Source: Eledone cirrhosa
Taxonomy: Eukaryota
Direction: 5' to 3'
NCBI GenBank assembly: GCA_964016885.1
Contig: OZ024748.1
Span: 682,001-746,000, forward strand
DNA length: 64,000 nt
The notes under the pieces are model-generated. The model had not been told where the DNA came from and ran no database searches. It saw only the letters and a list, made by a program, of their open reading frames with translations. Made by a program: the position numbers and the translations under genes. Positions 42,403 to 55,983 of the stretch are shown here, piece by piece. How positions within the stretch are numbered: the stretch's first letter is position 1; each line of letters begins with the position of its first letter.

Positions 42403-42829
42403 TCCCCTCCCTTCCTTCATTTCTTTCACTATGAAACTCTATCTCTGAACTTAAAACAGCTGCTCACTCCCTCTCCCTCTCCCTCTGTCCCTTTCCCTCC
42501 TCCTCCCTCACACCCTTTCCTCTACTCCCTCCCTCCCTCGCACCCTTCCCTCCCCTTTACAATAGGACTTCCATAACACAACACAGTATTACACTGATCT
42601 ATATTATTGCTTCTTTCCATGTATTATCTAGTGTCTACCCCCACCCCTCCCTGTTGCACCACCACCACCACTGGCAGTACCACCCCCACCACCATAAGGG
42701 TCACTACCACCACTGGCAGTACCACCACCACCACCATAAGGGCCACCACCACCACAATCACTTCAATGTCATTTTTTGGCTTACTCCAGTGTATTTTAAG
42801 ACCTCACCCCCTCCATCACCACTATCAGC

Positions 42830-43975
42830 ACCATGACCACCACTACTACCACCACCACTACTACTACCACCACCACTACCACCATCACCACCACCACCAC
42901 TACTACCACCACCACCACCATCACTACTACTACCACCACCAACACCACAACTACCACCACTACCACCACTACCACCACTACCACCATCACTACCACCACC
43001 AACACCACAACTACCACCACCAGCATCACCACCACCACCAACACCACAACTACCACCACCACCACCACCACCACCACCACCACCACCACCACTACTACTA
43101 CCACCACCACTACCACCATCACCAGCACCACCACTACTACTACCACCACCAACACCACAACTACCACCACAACTACCACCACCACCTCCACCAACACCAC
43201 AACTACCACCACCACCACCACCACCACTACCACCACCACCACTACCACCAACACCACAACTACCACCACCACCAACACCATCACCACCACCAACACCACA
43301 ACTACCACCAACATCACAACTACCACTACCACAACCACCACCACAACTACCACCACTAACACCACAACTACCACCACCACCAACACCATCACCACCACCA
43401 ACACCACAACTACCACCAACATCACAACTACCACTACCACAACCACCACCACAACTACCACCACCAACACCACAACTACCACCACCACCAACACCACCAC
43501 CACCAACACCACCACCAACACCACAACTACCACCAACACCACAACCACCACCACCACCACCACCACCACCACCAACACCACAACTACCACCACAACTACC
43601 ACCACCACCACCAACATCACAACTACCACCACCACCACCACCACCACCAACACCACAACTACCACCACCACCACCACCACCACCAACACCACAACTACCA
43701 CCACAACTACCACCACCACCACCAACATCACAACTACCACCACCACCACCACCACCACCAACACCACAACTACCACCACCACCACCACCACCACCAACAT
43801 CACAACTACCACCACCACCACCACCAACACCACAACTACCACCACCACCACCACAACTACCACCACCACAACTACCACCACCACCACCACCACCACCACC
43901 ACCACCACCACCACCACAACTACCACCACCACCACCACCACCACCACCCCAACTACCACCACCAACACCACAACT
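42830..43975. repeat. (ACC/ACT/ACA)n compound microsatellite
   Basis: Direct inspection. Confidence 0.95.
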
Positions 43976-44574
43976 ATAGTCACAGCTGGTCTCATATTTA
44001 CTATAACTACCTCCCACCCTTGCTTTACTACACAAAGGACACACTCTCTCTCTCATCTAATTCACCTTTGTCTCCTCTTCCTTCTCCTCCCACCATCTTA
44101 ACTAATATTTCTTAATATATGACTAGACTATCATCTCTTCTTTTGTTACCCCTCTTTCTTCCTTTCTGCTTATCTCTCTATCTCTCTCACTCTGTCTGAT
44201 TTTCTTCCTCCCCCTCTTCTATCTTTATCTTCTTGTCTTCCTCCCCATCCCCCTCTCTCTTTATCTGCTCAGGGTCTACCCCAGTTGCTTTTGACAGCGG
44301 CCTCTGTCAAAAGCAACCGTCTCCAACAGATCTGATTGGATACCCAAGTGTGACCAGCCAAGCTCATGGATGTTATCCAACCATCTTGCTCAGGGTCTAC
44401 TCCTGGGTTTCCCACCAGTTGGTTTTGCCCATAAAATCTATCCAGTGATTCTTTCCTGAGACATTCTAACCACATGTCCATAGTATCAGAGTTATCTTCA
44501 ATTCGGTATTCATGCAAACCCTTACCTATGGTCATGAATCTTGGATAATGACCAAAACAATACAATTGTGAATA

Positions 44575-44832
44575 CAAGCGGCCAAAATGGGGTTCCTCCA
44601 AATGGTCATTGGAGTAATGTTACATGATAGAGTGTGTAGCTCAGACATCAGAGAGTCACTCCTGGTAGAGCCACTACTTCTCCGAATTGAGAGATCATAG
44701 CTCCGATACTATGGGCATGTGGTTAGAATGTCTCAGGAAAGAATTGCTGGACAGATTTGTAGCTCACATCAGAGAGTCACTCCAGGTAGAGCCACTACTT
44801 CTCCGAATTGAGAGATCATAGCTCCAATACTA
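44575..44832 (+). mobile_element. Old RTE-like relic with a ~70-bp internal duplication
   Basis: Encodes PLLLRIERS*LRYYGHVVRM. 44635-44712 is repeated at 44758-44832. Confidence 0.6.
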
Positions 44833-45113
44833 GCCAAATAGTCGATATTTTAAATGTTTTTATTTTCCAGTTAGACCTCACTTGCTCCACTCCATCCCAG
44901 CTCCACCTGGTCTGTTTATGACCAGAAGAATTGGTAGTGTTATCCTGTACATTTACATTATGAGTTCTAATTCCATTGGGAGCCAATAATTACTGATAAT
45001 GGCTATCATTCTAATAACAAGAACTCAATACATAACTGGAATGTGTATTTATTGATATTGCACATTTCATAGTCTAAATACACACACACACATACACACG
45101 TATATATACATAC

Positions 45114-45149
<36 letters not shown>

Positions 45150-45151
<2 letters not shown>

Positions 45152-46655
45152 CATCATCATCATCATCATCATCATCATCGTTTAACGTCCCTGTTCCACG
45201 CTTGCATGGGTTTGGACGGGGGTTTTCCCACTTGAGGCAAGAGTGGTTGTCTTGCTCGCATAGGACTGTCTGGCGGGTTTTCTACAGCTGGATGCCCTTC
45301 CTAACACCAACCACATTTACAGTGTGGGGCTGGGAGGTTTTTACCGTGTTGCCTACACGGCCACATTACAGCGTGGACTGTCTGGCGTGTTTTCTACAGC
45401 TGGATGCCCTTCCTAACACCAACCACATTTACAGTGTGGGACTGGGAGGTTTTTACCGTGTTGCCTACACGGCCACATTACAGCGTGGACTGTCTGGCGT
45501 GTTTTCTACAGCTGGATGCCCTTCCTAACACCAACCACATTTACAGTGTGGGACTGGGAGGTTTTTACCGTGTTGCCTACACGGTCACATTACAGCGTGG
45601 ACTGTGTGTTTTTTTGTCGTGACACCTACATGATCTCGTTTGTTTCGGCCTGGATGTTGTGGCACCAACATAACTTTGCATTGAAGGGGGCGGTGTGGAT
45701 GGGGTGGGACGGGGGTGTATTTTGTTAGAGATGCCTACTGACTAGTAGGTTTTACTTTGAATTTAGGTAAGGCGGGTCTTCTCTGTTACTGAGTACCGCC
45801 AAAGGTCTTGGTCCAGTGACATTGTCTTGGAGAGGTGTAAGTGTGTGAGGTCGGAATTTATCAGCTCGTCCCAGGTTTTCCTGGGTCTGCCTACTCCGTG
45901 GCTACCATCTATCTTTATTGCCCTGCACTTTGTTATACAGCTGTCGTCTTTCATGCGCATCACGTGACCATACCAACGTAGCCTTCTCTCGAGTAAACAA
46001 CATCTGATCCCTCTTATTTCTAATTTTTTCCTTAGTTCGTTTATGCTTTGCCGTTCACGTATATTACTATTACACATCCAGCGGAGCATGCAAGCTTCGT
46101 TCCTCTCTAGTCTGCGTATATCCTCTGCACACAATGCCCAGGTCTCACTACCATGCAACATTGCTGTTCGTATGCAGGCATCATACAACCTGCCTTTCAC
46201 TTTTAGGGAGAACCCTTTAGCGGCTAATAGTGGTATAAGCTCTCTGAACTTTTTCCATCCAGTTCTGACTCTAGCTACTGTACTTTCAGAGCTGATTTTG
46301 TCACCCAGGTAACGGAAGCTGTCCACTATTTCTATAGAACCCTCTGCGCAATTGAAAGAGTTAGTATTTTGTGGGCACTTGCTGCTACTTATTGCACCAG
46401 AGCACCGGCCACATGTAAAATCTGTGTTCTTAGTTAGCTTACCTGTGATCCCACTACATCTTTTATGCACCCATACTTTGCATTTGGGACATAAAATGGA
46501 GTTTCTACCTACGCCTTTCCTACACACTGAGCATGGCCATTTCCTGGAGGGGACCGGCGCCTTATTTTCTTTCCTACAAACTAGAACTTTAGTCTTAGCC
46601 AGGTTAATTTTAAGGCCTTTTGATTCTAGGCCGTGCTTCCATGTTTGGAATTTCT

Positions 46656-46661
<6 letters not shown>
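45150..46661 (-). mobile_element. RTE LINE family B 3' half with a triplicated 112-bp tail unit
   Basis: ORF 45763-46660 matches family B. The 3' UTR unit repeats at 45263, 45375 and 45487. Confidence 0.9.
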
Positions 46662-46693
<32 letters not shown>

Positions 46694-47132
46694 CCACTCT
46701 CACTATGCATAAAATTAATAATATTTATAACATTTACTCCTGTGTTTGCCTGTCTTTTGTTTTTTTGTTTTTTGTTTTTTGTTATTCTAAACTATATATA
46801 TATATATATATTATGAAATACTGGGTGCTTCTTGCTCATAATAATTTCTATACTTTTCATTTATATATATATATATATAAATTAAATAGAAAACATGAGT
46901 GGAACAGCAACATCACAACTTACAATTAAGGACAGAATGAAAACACACACGCACATAGAACAAACAACCAACCAGTAACATGTAAATAAACAAATAAATA
47001 AACGAATATAAACACACACAGACACCCGGATGTGGTGCATGTGCAGACTGAGCACACAGCACACACACACAGAAACAAGATGGCGTAGGACAGAACAAAG
47101 GAGAGGCACAAAAACAAAGAAAAGAATCCCCA

Positions 47133-47175
47133 GTCACTGAAGAGGTCACAGAATGTGTGACGAAAGAACTTTGAC
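47133..47175 (+). ncRNA. Type I hammerhead ribozyme motif (family H3)
   Basis: GUCA CUGAAGA G GUCACA GAAUG UGUGAC GAAAG AA CUU UGAC. Confidence 0.75.
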
Positions 47176-47383
47176 AATATATAAACAACCATCTGGTTGT
47201 GGAACCAACCAACCAACCCGAAATTTAAAAATTCCTAAATTTATAAATTTCTTATAATAAATTGAAGTGAAAGCAACTGGTGCGTGTGTTTCTTATTGGC
47301 AACATGACCCTCCCCAAGTATAACAATATCGGTTTCAACACACGTTTTCAGATAAAGAATCTTGCTAAACAAACTCAGAAACG

Positions 47384-47433
<50 letters not shown>

Positions 47434-47837
47434 ATGTATGCATACATTTATACACACACACACGCACACATATATATAATATATTTATACATAACAGCTG
47501 TACTGCAGCAACAACAGAACTAGGCTGACATGGAGAGAAGAGGAAAGAGGCAAAAAAAAATGTATATAGAAATAAATAAATATATATATATATATAATAT
47601 TAATAATACTGATGATGGAAATGATGATGATTAAATGAACTGATCAATAAGCTAAGAGAAGAAACCTTCAGTTGAATGCTGTAGCTGACTGAATCAATAA
47701 CTTCTTTTAGTAGCATATCAGTTTTTCTAAGAGAAGGGATTGTTAGCCCTTCTCTCAACCATTGCTCTATTTCTAGAGAAAATGGTGTTGTCAGGGTCAC
47801 CCATGGTTCTTTGTATGAAAGAAAAGAGAAAAAGAAT

Positions 47838-48197
47838 GATTTCTACTATAGGCACAAGGTCAGCAATTTGGGTGGAGGGTAAAGTTGATTAAATCAATCC
47901 CAGTGCATTACTGGTATTTTATTTTATCGACCCCGTAAGGATGAAAGGCAAAGGTAACCTCGGCGGGATTTGAACTCAGAACATAAAGGGACGAAACGAT
48001 ATGCCACAAAGCATGTTGTAATAATTGTCTCAACATTTGGCACAAGGCCAGTAATTTGAAAGGGGATTGATTAAATTGACCCCAGTGCATATAGGTTGAA
48101 AGGCAAAGTTAATCTCAGCAGGATTTAAACTCAGAATGTAAAGAGCCATAACTCTATGCCACAAAACATGGTGTCTGAAGCTCTATCAATTCTGCCA
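47838..48197 (-). mobile_element. Two tandem OR-like SINEs
   Basis: Two successive copies of the family. Confidence 0.75.
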
Positions 48198-48284
48198 CTA
48201 GAGAAGAATCAACCTTTATATTTGACTACTACTTTATTTTATCAGAACCTAGAATAGATGAAAAGCAATGGTCAAGTTCTTTAC

Positions 48285-48975
48285 CAATTCATTAACTTAC
48301 ACTACCAATTTGTTGCCTTAATCTACCAACTTGCCACTTTAATCCACTGTTTTATCCACTTAATCTCCCAATTTATCATCTTAATCCACCAATTCACTCC
48401 TTTAATTTGATGTCTTCTTCAAGAGAGCAGAGTGTGTTTTTAGAAGCTATTTAATTTAGGTAGCTTGCAAATGATATCCTTCTCTAGTCTGGATGGCACC
48501 AGATCTTGAAACAAAAGAAAATGAACATTCATGTTGTCCAGAGGTCAGCATACATGGTCACACTGTCCTACTTTGCTGATATCAGAACAAGAGTTCAAAT
48601 TACTGCTACAAATCTACCTATTTAATTCTTTAGTCTAAATCACAGCTTTAATCTACCAGTTCTTCCCTGCCTTAATCTACCAATTCCCAGCCTTAACCCT
48701 TTAGCATTTAAACTGACTGTATCCAGCCAGAATTATCTTACCTCTTTCTGTTCAAACCAGCTGTAACTGGCTGCTTATACTGATGTTAAGGTATTGTTCT
48801 CAAAATAAATAATATCAAAGTCTCATAGATTTGATATTATGTGAGATAATTATGTGAGGTAAAGCCTTTACCACGAAAATATTATAATAAATATAGAGTA
48901 ATATAAATGCTAAAGGGTTAATCTACCAATTCCCTGCCTTCACCTGTCAATTCATCACCTTAATACCAAATCCCT
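48285..48975. repeat. Degenerate ~21-bp tandem repeat (TTAATCTACCAATTCCC...)
   Basis: Recurrent TTAATCYACCAAT units, interrupted by a piggyBac-type MITE at one TTAA. Confidence 0.6.
48697..48917. mobile_element. piggyBac-type MITE (diverged copy at 25957-26159)
   Basis: TTAA-CCCTTTAGCATTTA...TAAATGCTAAAGGG-TTAA. Confidence 0.82.
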
Positions 48976-49077
48976 GAAATCCCTGTTCATCAGTGGGTAA
49001 TATATTTTGTTAATGCATAAGACAGATTACTTTAAAGTTACTTGTGAAATAGATATCGTTACACCCTTCTACAATCC

Positions 49078-49200
49078 GAGTTCAAATCCTGCTGATGTTA
49101 ACTTTGCTTTTCACCATTTTTGGGTCGATAAAATAATGTACCAGTTATGTATTGGGGTAAATATAATCGACTTTCTCCTCCCCTCCATATTGTTGGTAAA
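49078..49200 (+). mobile_element. OR-like SINE, 5'-truncated
   Basis: B-box and body match. Confidence 0.7.
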
Positions 49201-49330
49201 TGTTATTTTCAAAGAATTGTTGTTATTTAGCATTGATTGAGCAGAGAGATCTCTGTCTGGATCAATATTCAGTCCAGCTGTGACCATCCTGTTCTTTTTT
49301 CTTTTATTTTAGCACTATATGATGTAAACC

Positions 49331-49388
<58 letters not shown>

Positions 49389-49416
49389 ATATATAAGTAT
49401 ATATGTATATATATTT

Positions 49417-50832
49417 ATGGTTATGAAAGTGGCAGAAAGGATATTAGCACAACTAATTAGAGAAAGGGTCAAACTAGATGAGATGCAGTTTGGTTTTGTG
49501 CCTGGGAAGAGTACAACAGATGCCCTCTTCTTGGTGAGACAATTGCAAGAGAGGTTCTTAGAGAAGAATAAGCCACTATACTTAGCCTTTGTTGACCTAG
49601 AGAAGGCCTTTGATAGGGTACCCCGATCTGTCATCTGGTGGTCCCTAAGGAAGCTAGGTGTTGAGGAATGGCTTGTGAGGACAGTGCAAACTTTGTACAG
49701 AAGTACTGTCAGTAAAGTCAGGGTAGGAATGGAGTTTAGTGAGGAGTACATCAGGATTCGGTCCTCAGCCCGCTCTTGTTCATTATAGTCCTCCAAGCCA
49801 TAACAGAGGAGTTTAAGACTGGCTGTCCATGGGAACTTCTCTATGCTGACGATCTGGTTCTTATAGCAGAATCAGTAGAGGAGCTAGAGAATAAATTCTG
49901 CTATGGAAACAGCAGTTGGAAGCAAGAGGACTGAGAGTGAATCTAGCTAAGACAAAAGTGTTGATGAGTAGAAAATAGGACAAAACTCTGATTCCGTCAG
50001 GGAAATGGCCATGTTCGATATGCAGAAAAGGAACTGGCATAAATTCTATAAAATGCACACAATGCAGATCCTGGGTACACAAGAGATGTAGCGGGATAGC
50101 AGGCAAACTAACAGGTAGGGAGAAATATGTATGCAGTAGATGTACAGGGAAATTAGACAGTAGAAGTCGCATTGATAGACACATTTTTCTAATGCAGGAG
50201 GGCGCTATAGAAGTGGTGGATAGCTTCCGATACCTAGGAGATCAGATTAGCATGGGAGGAGGGTGTTTCGAGGCCATAGTATCTAGAATAAGGACGGGTT
50301 GGAAGAAGTTTAGGGAGCTGCTTCCTCTGTTGACGAAGAAGGGTTTCTCCCTGCGTACGAAAGGCTGGTTGTATGATGCCTGTGTGAGGAGCGCGATGCT
50401 GCATGGTAGTGAGACATGGGCAGCAACAGAGGATATGCGGTGGCTTGAGAGAAATGAAGCAAGCATGCTCCGTTGGATGTGCAGTGTAAATGTGCATGAA
50501 TGACCCAGCATAAATGTGTTGAGAGAGAAACTGTGTCTGAGAGGGATAGAATGTAGTGTACGGGAGAGGAGACTGAGGTGGTATGGACATGTGATGCGCA
50601 TGGAGGATGACCGATGGGTGAAAAAGTGCCAGGAAATGCCAGTTGTAGGAAGACGTGGTAGAGGTAGACCACAAAAAACATGGGCGGAGGTGGTGAGAAC
50701 AGACCTCAGATCATTGAAGCTCACGGTGGAGATGACGAAGGACCGTGACGAGTGGAGAGATGCTGTGCTGAATAAGACCCGTCCCACCCTTGCAAGCAGG
50801 GAAAAGCGGACGTAAAATGATGATGATGATGA

Positions 50833-50835
<3 letters not shown>
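49417..50835 (+). mobile_element. RTE LINE family A, 5'-truncated, intact 3' end with (TGA)n tail
   Basis: Near-identical to 23258-23960 in the overlap. C-terminus RLRWYGHV...GRGRP. Tail CCCACCCTTGCAAGCAGGGAAAAGCGGACGTAAAA(TGA)n, flanked by (TA)n. Confidence 0.92.
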
Positions 50836-50890
<55 letters not shown>

Positions 50891-51079
50891 ATATATATAT
50901 ATCAAATTATTATTCAAATTATATATATATATATATATATATATGCAGAGGTTATATTTAATTTGTTGGGATTCAACAAGCTTAAACATTTTTATAACTG
51001 ATATAAAGCACTCAACAATTTAGTGGAGTAAATACACAATATATTAATAAATGGAAACTATATTTATAAAACCATATTT

Positions 51080-51143
51080 ATTTTATTATATATATTTCAA
51101 GGGCAACCAAGGCAAATTAAGGTGCGCTTTCATCAGATAAAAT
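51080..51143 (-). ncRNA. Type I hammerhead ribozyme motif (family H1)
   Basis: AUUUUAU CUGAUGA AAGCGCACC...GGUUGCCCUU GAAAU AUAU AUA AUAAAAU, with a perfect 7-bp stem I. Confidence 0.75.
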
Positions 51144-51213
51144 ACAGATTTGTTTTATAAATAAATATTGACATACCCGGAAAAAAAGACAACCTTAACG
51201 GTTGGAGCTTCCT

Positions 51214-51480
51214 GTCCGAAACAAATGACGTCGTGTAGGTGTCACGACAAAAAAACACGCAATCCACGCTGTAATGTGGCCGTGTAGGTAACACGGTAAA
51301 AACCTCTCAGTCCACACTGTAAACGTGGTTGGTGTTGGGAAGGGCACCCAGCCGTAGAAAACCCGCCAGACAGTCCTATACGAGCAGGACAACCAATCTT
51401 GCCTCAAGTGGGAAAACTCCCGTCCAAACCCATGCAAGCGTGGAAGATGGACGTTAAACGATGATGATGATGATGATGAT
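51214..51480 (+). mobile_element. Family B 3'-tail fragment
   Basis: Matches 33225-33485. Confidence 0.85.
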
Positions 51481-51649
51481 ACTCTCCAGTATGTACTTTG
51501 GGGTTGTACTAAGCAGAGTGTAATATCAATAAATATGGACGAGTTATCTAATTTTCATTAGGTTTATTCAGGTGTGACAAGCAATTCGCAATTGATCAGC
51601 TCAAGGTTCAATCTCTATCGATTGGGCCATATATATATATATATGCATG

Positions 51650-51813
51650 GGCATACGTCAAGACGGGCGGTCTGGAAAGTGAAAGTAATTTTTGACACTG
51701 AATTTTATTTATTTTTTTTTTTACAACAGGTCTCAATAGTGTAAGTTACGATACACACGCAATTGTATGGATTTCTTAATATATATATATGTGTGCCCGT
51801 CTTGACGTATGCC
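51650..51813. mobile_element. MITE with 19-bp TIR (inverted second copy at 52183-52350)
   Basis: GGCATACGTCAAGACGGGC...GCCCGTCTTGACGTATGCC in TA tracts. Confidence 0.75.
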
Positions 51814-51814
51814 A

Positions 51815-51848
<34 letters not shown>

Positions 51849-52345
51849 TATATATATGTGTGTATATATATATATGTGTGTGTGTATATATATATATAAT
51901 GTGTGTGTTTTTCTTTATATATTTATTTACAATCTACTGTCTCTCACTACATCATTATAAGTCAGAACTATGAGAAAACAAACCCTATACTATTACATCG
52001 TTTGAACGTCTAACTAGGAAGAACCGAATTATAATATCTAATATATATTTATATATATATAGTTATTTAAAAAGTCTACTTCTGTCCTCGACATACACAG
52101 AGCCCTTGCTACATCTAACTAATATCAATCAATGTCCAGTTTTTAGTAATCTTTCAATATACATATATATATATATATATATAGCATACGTCAAGACGGG
52201 CACACATATATATATATTAAGAAATCCATACAATTGCGTGTATATCGTAAATTACACTATCGAGACCTGTTGTAAAAAAAAACAAAAAAAACAAATACAC
52301 AGTGTCAAAAATTACTTTCATTTTCCAGACCGCCCGTCTTGACGT

Positions 52346-52416
<71 letters not shown>

Positions 52417-52456
52417 GATATTAATAAATGGAAACTATATTTATAAAACCATATTT

Positions 52457-52519
52457 ATTTCATTATACATATTTCAGGGATACCATATTAAATTATTGTA
52501 TGCCTTCATCAGACAAAAT
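52457..52519 (-). ncRNA. Type I hammerhead motif (H1), left arm of palindrome
   Basis: Exact reverse complement of 52677-52739. Confidence 0.75.
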
Positions 52520-52676
52520 ACAATATATAACAGTTTTACAAATAGCTTTGACGTACCCTTTTAAAATACAACCATTACTTTTGGAGGCTGTCTGGACTAT
52601 CCAGACAGCCTCCAAAAGTAATGGTTGTATTTTAAAAGGGTACGTCAAAGCTATTTGTAAAACTGTTATATATTGT

Positions 52677-52739
52677 ATTTTGTCTGATGAAGGCATACAA
52701 TAATTTAATATGGTATCCCTGAAATATGTATAATGAAAT
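52677..52739 (+). ncRNA. Type I hammerhead motif (H1), right arm of palindrome
   Basis: AUUUUGU CUGAUGA (52684-52690) AGG...CCU GAAAU AUGU AUA^AUGAAAU. Predicted cut after 52732. Confidence 0.75.
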
Positions 52740-52868
52740 AAATATGGTTTTATAAATATAGTTTCCATTTATTAATATCGTATATCTACTCCAAAAACTT
52801 GTCGAGTGCTTTATATCAGTTATAAAAATATTTACTTGTTGTATCCCAACAACTTTAAATAGAACTTT

Positions 52869-52912
<44 letters not shown>

Positions 52913-53463
52913 GAGAGAGAGAGAGCGCAGGACCTTTCTTTATTCAAGACAGCAAAGTGTAATTCAAGATTTGCTATTTCTAGTGGGACGAAATTCTATG
53001 TAGAAGCAACGCCCCTGTTCGTAAGGTTTCGGGAGTAAGCAGTCAGTGTAAGGAATTGGAAAAAAATGTCTTTAGATAAAAATAACAGGTTCACAGTACA
53101 CTTATGTTGCGACGGTCTTACGATGGAGAAGTAAATGATAAAGTAGAAAATCAAACTTTCCAGTTGTCTTCCTGTTTCTTCTACAACAACTACAACGGTA
53201 CGCGATGGGGCCCATTCACAGCCCCGGCGGACAAGTATAGCACAAATGACGAATGTTTCATTTGACTAGTGCCGAGTGTTACCAAGACGTTCCTCCTCCT
53301 TCTCCTCTTTTCCCCCTACTCACACATATACATACTTTCAACCCGGCAATTATTCAACCAATTTTAGGTACACAAATAGCTCAACTGGTAATCTATCTCA
53401 CTTCAGTCGACTGCATAGGAAAATTGAGTCGAAAAAAAACTACTGCATGTGTGTGTGGAGGGA

Positions 53464-53517
<54 letters not shown>

Positions 53518-54631
53518 TAAAGAGATAAAAGGGAAACAGTAAGAGGGAGAGAAAAAGAGAGAGAGAGAAAAGTGACTGTGAATAGATAAAAGAGAAAGAA
53601 AGAGAGAGTAAGAATCACCATGTGAAGAGAGAGACAAAGAAAGAGACAAAGAGTGACTATGTAAAGAGATAAGAGAGAGAGAGAGAGAGAGAGAGAGGGG
53701 GAGAGAGAGAGAGTAAGGTTCATTACCAAAAGAGAGAGTGAGAAAGATAAAGAGCAACTTCTGTAAAGAGATAAAAAAGAGAGAGTAAGATTCACTACGT
53801 AAATAGAGAGAGAAAAGTGAAAAAAAGTTAGTTTTTATGTAAATCAATGTTTTAAGAGAATGTGTAAAACACCTGACACACACACACACACATATATATA
53901 CTGGGTGTCCTGCAAAAATATATACACACTTCAACAGCATTCTAATAAATATTGCTTGTACAAGTAATCAAAGTGTGTATACATTTTTTGGGGACACCCT
54001 GTATATATACATACTACCTGATATACTTAAAAGATCTATAACGTTTATATATATATATATATATATATACATGCTACCTGATTTGCTTAAAATATTTATC
54101 AGGTTGTTTTTTTTATATAGATAAATATATTTTACATTAAAAGCTAAATTTAAAAAAAAGGCAAATGCAAGTCAAGTTTTTATTATGAATATGATTTTAC
54201 AAACGAAAGAAATCAATAAAAGAAACAAGGTGCGATTATGATTCGCAAAAGGGACAAATCAATAGAAAAAAAAAATAATCACGACGCTTAACTATTCCTG
54301 CACCCTAGCCTCGCTATCAACCGCATTAAAGTTGTCTTTTTCGCTTGCCTCACAAATCTTTAGAAAGACAACTGCATTCCCTGGCATAATTAAATGTGCA
54401 TGTACACTCCTAATTTTTTTTTGTCTTTTCGCTTCTTTTTCACGTTTATTTTTATTATCGATTTAGCCCTTTTGAAATTAATAACCATATCTTTAATTCT
54501 TTTATTGATTTTTTTCTTTTGCAAGTCATATTCATTACAAAACTAGTTTAATTTCCTTAAACAGATAGTTTTAAAAAATGAAGCAGTCGACTATTCTTTA
54601 ATAGACAAAACGACACACACACACACATGAG

Positions 54632-54793
54632 CATGCCCTTCCTAACACCAACCACATTTACAGTGTGGAGCTGGGAGGTTTTTACCGTGTTGTCTACACG
54701 GCCACATTACAGCGTGGACTGTGTTTTTTTGTCGTGACCCCTACACGATCTCATTTGTTTCGGCCTGGATGTTGTGGCACCAACATAACTTTA
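54632..54793 (-). mobile_element. Family B 3' UTR internal fragment
   Basis: Matches 37300-37462. Confidence 0.8.
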
Positions 54794-54895
54794 GATATAT
54801 AGAGAGAGAGATGTATAAAAACCCGACCGCGGCGCCAAGTGGTTTCGGCTTGTATATAATGGATTTAAGTGCTTAACATTGGTTTTTCTTCATTT

Positions 54896-54945
<50 letters not shown>

Positions 54946-54985
54946 TACAAATATTAATAAAATAGATGTTCTTTTGATCAATAAA

Positions 54986-55038
54986 ATTTGATTATACATA
55001 TTTCGGAGGTACAACAGTACGTCCTCATCAGACAAAAT
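54986..55038 (-). ncRNA. Type I hammerhead motif (family H2)
   Basis: AUUUUGU CUGAUGA GGACGUAC UGUU GUACCUCC GAAAU AUGU AUA AUCAAAU. Confidence 0.78.
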
Positions 55039-55041
55039 ATA

Positions 55042-55219
55042 ATTGTTTCTACTTTAGGCACAAGGCCAGCAAATACCTAGTGCATTACTGGTACTTTATT
55101 TTATTGACCCCGTAAGGATGAAAGGCAAAGTCAACCTCGGTGGGATTTGAACACAGATCGTAAAGGGACGTAACTATGCTGGAAAGCATGGTGTCCGACC
55201 CTCTACCGATACTGCCAAT
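55042..55219 (-). mobile_element. OR-like SINE inserted into a hammerhead-bearing element
   Basis: Family match. The host element resumes at ~55223 (compare 56450-56495). Confidence 0.8.
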
Positions 55220-55800
55220 CCACCATGATACATGACATACCCTGAGATGTTAAATGGTTAAGATTTAATCAAGGTAGTGATTAACCTAAGAGAAAATTCA
55301 ACATTTATACCCTAATAATGAGAAAATGCGAAAACGTAATAAATTCAATAGAGAATGTGTGAGTAAGAAAAACGTTGGTTAATGTGACAGCTATAGAGAT
55401 TTTAAAAATGTAGGATACTACAAGTTATGGTTATCTAGGAAAACATCTCATGAATTATAACTGTTTATGAAAAGCCGCTGAAAGAGGATTTAAAGAGAGG
55501 GAAAGATAAAGGGGAGTAATATATGCAGAAAGAGATTTTTTCCAAAAGCGGTTAAGTTTCAAAATATTTAATTTATGTTATTTTAGGGTGCAGAATCAAG
55601 ATTTTAGGTTTTTTTAAAAGTTGGTGGTTATTTATATTTATTAATTTTATAAATTCTATAAGTGTGTTAACATTTCTAAACTTCTGAATTTTATGAGGAT
55701 AAAATTTAAAGGATTTACCTGGCCAGCGAAAGGAAAATTTACACTGTTGAATATTTTCCTAAATGTAAACTTTAACGAAGATTACCTATAAAAATGTCAA

Positions 55801-55860
<60 letters not shown>

Positions 55861-55921
55861 CTGCCAATACTGGAATTGAACCATCAAGACAGTTGAGGTA
55901 TGTCATACATCAATTCATGTA

Positions 55922-55983
55922 TTTTATCTGACGAGGACGTACTGAAAAAACAGTGCAGTACCTTCGAAATATATATAATAAAA
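55922..55983 (+). ncRNA. Type I hammerhead motif (H2)
   Basis: UUUUAU CUGACGA GGACGUACUG...CAGUACCUUC GAAAU AUAU AUA^AUAAAA. Confidence 0.8.

Noticed and set aside
47600-47810. 66-aa minus-strand ORF
   Set aside because: Looks like a decayed retroelement leader with no protein motif.
52925-53430. CpG-containing unique stretch as a promoter or first exon
   Set aside because: No clear motif, ORF or orientation can be supported from sequence alone.
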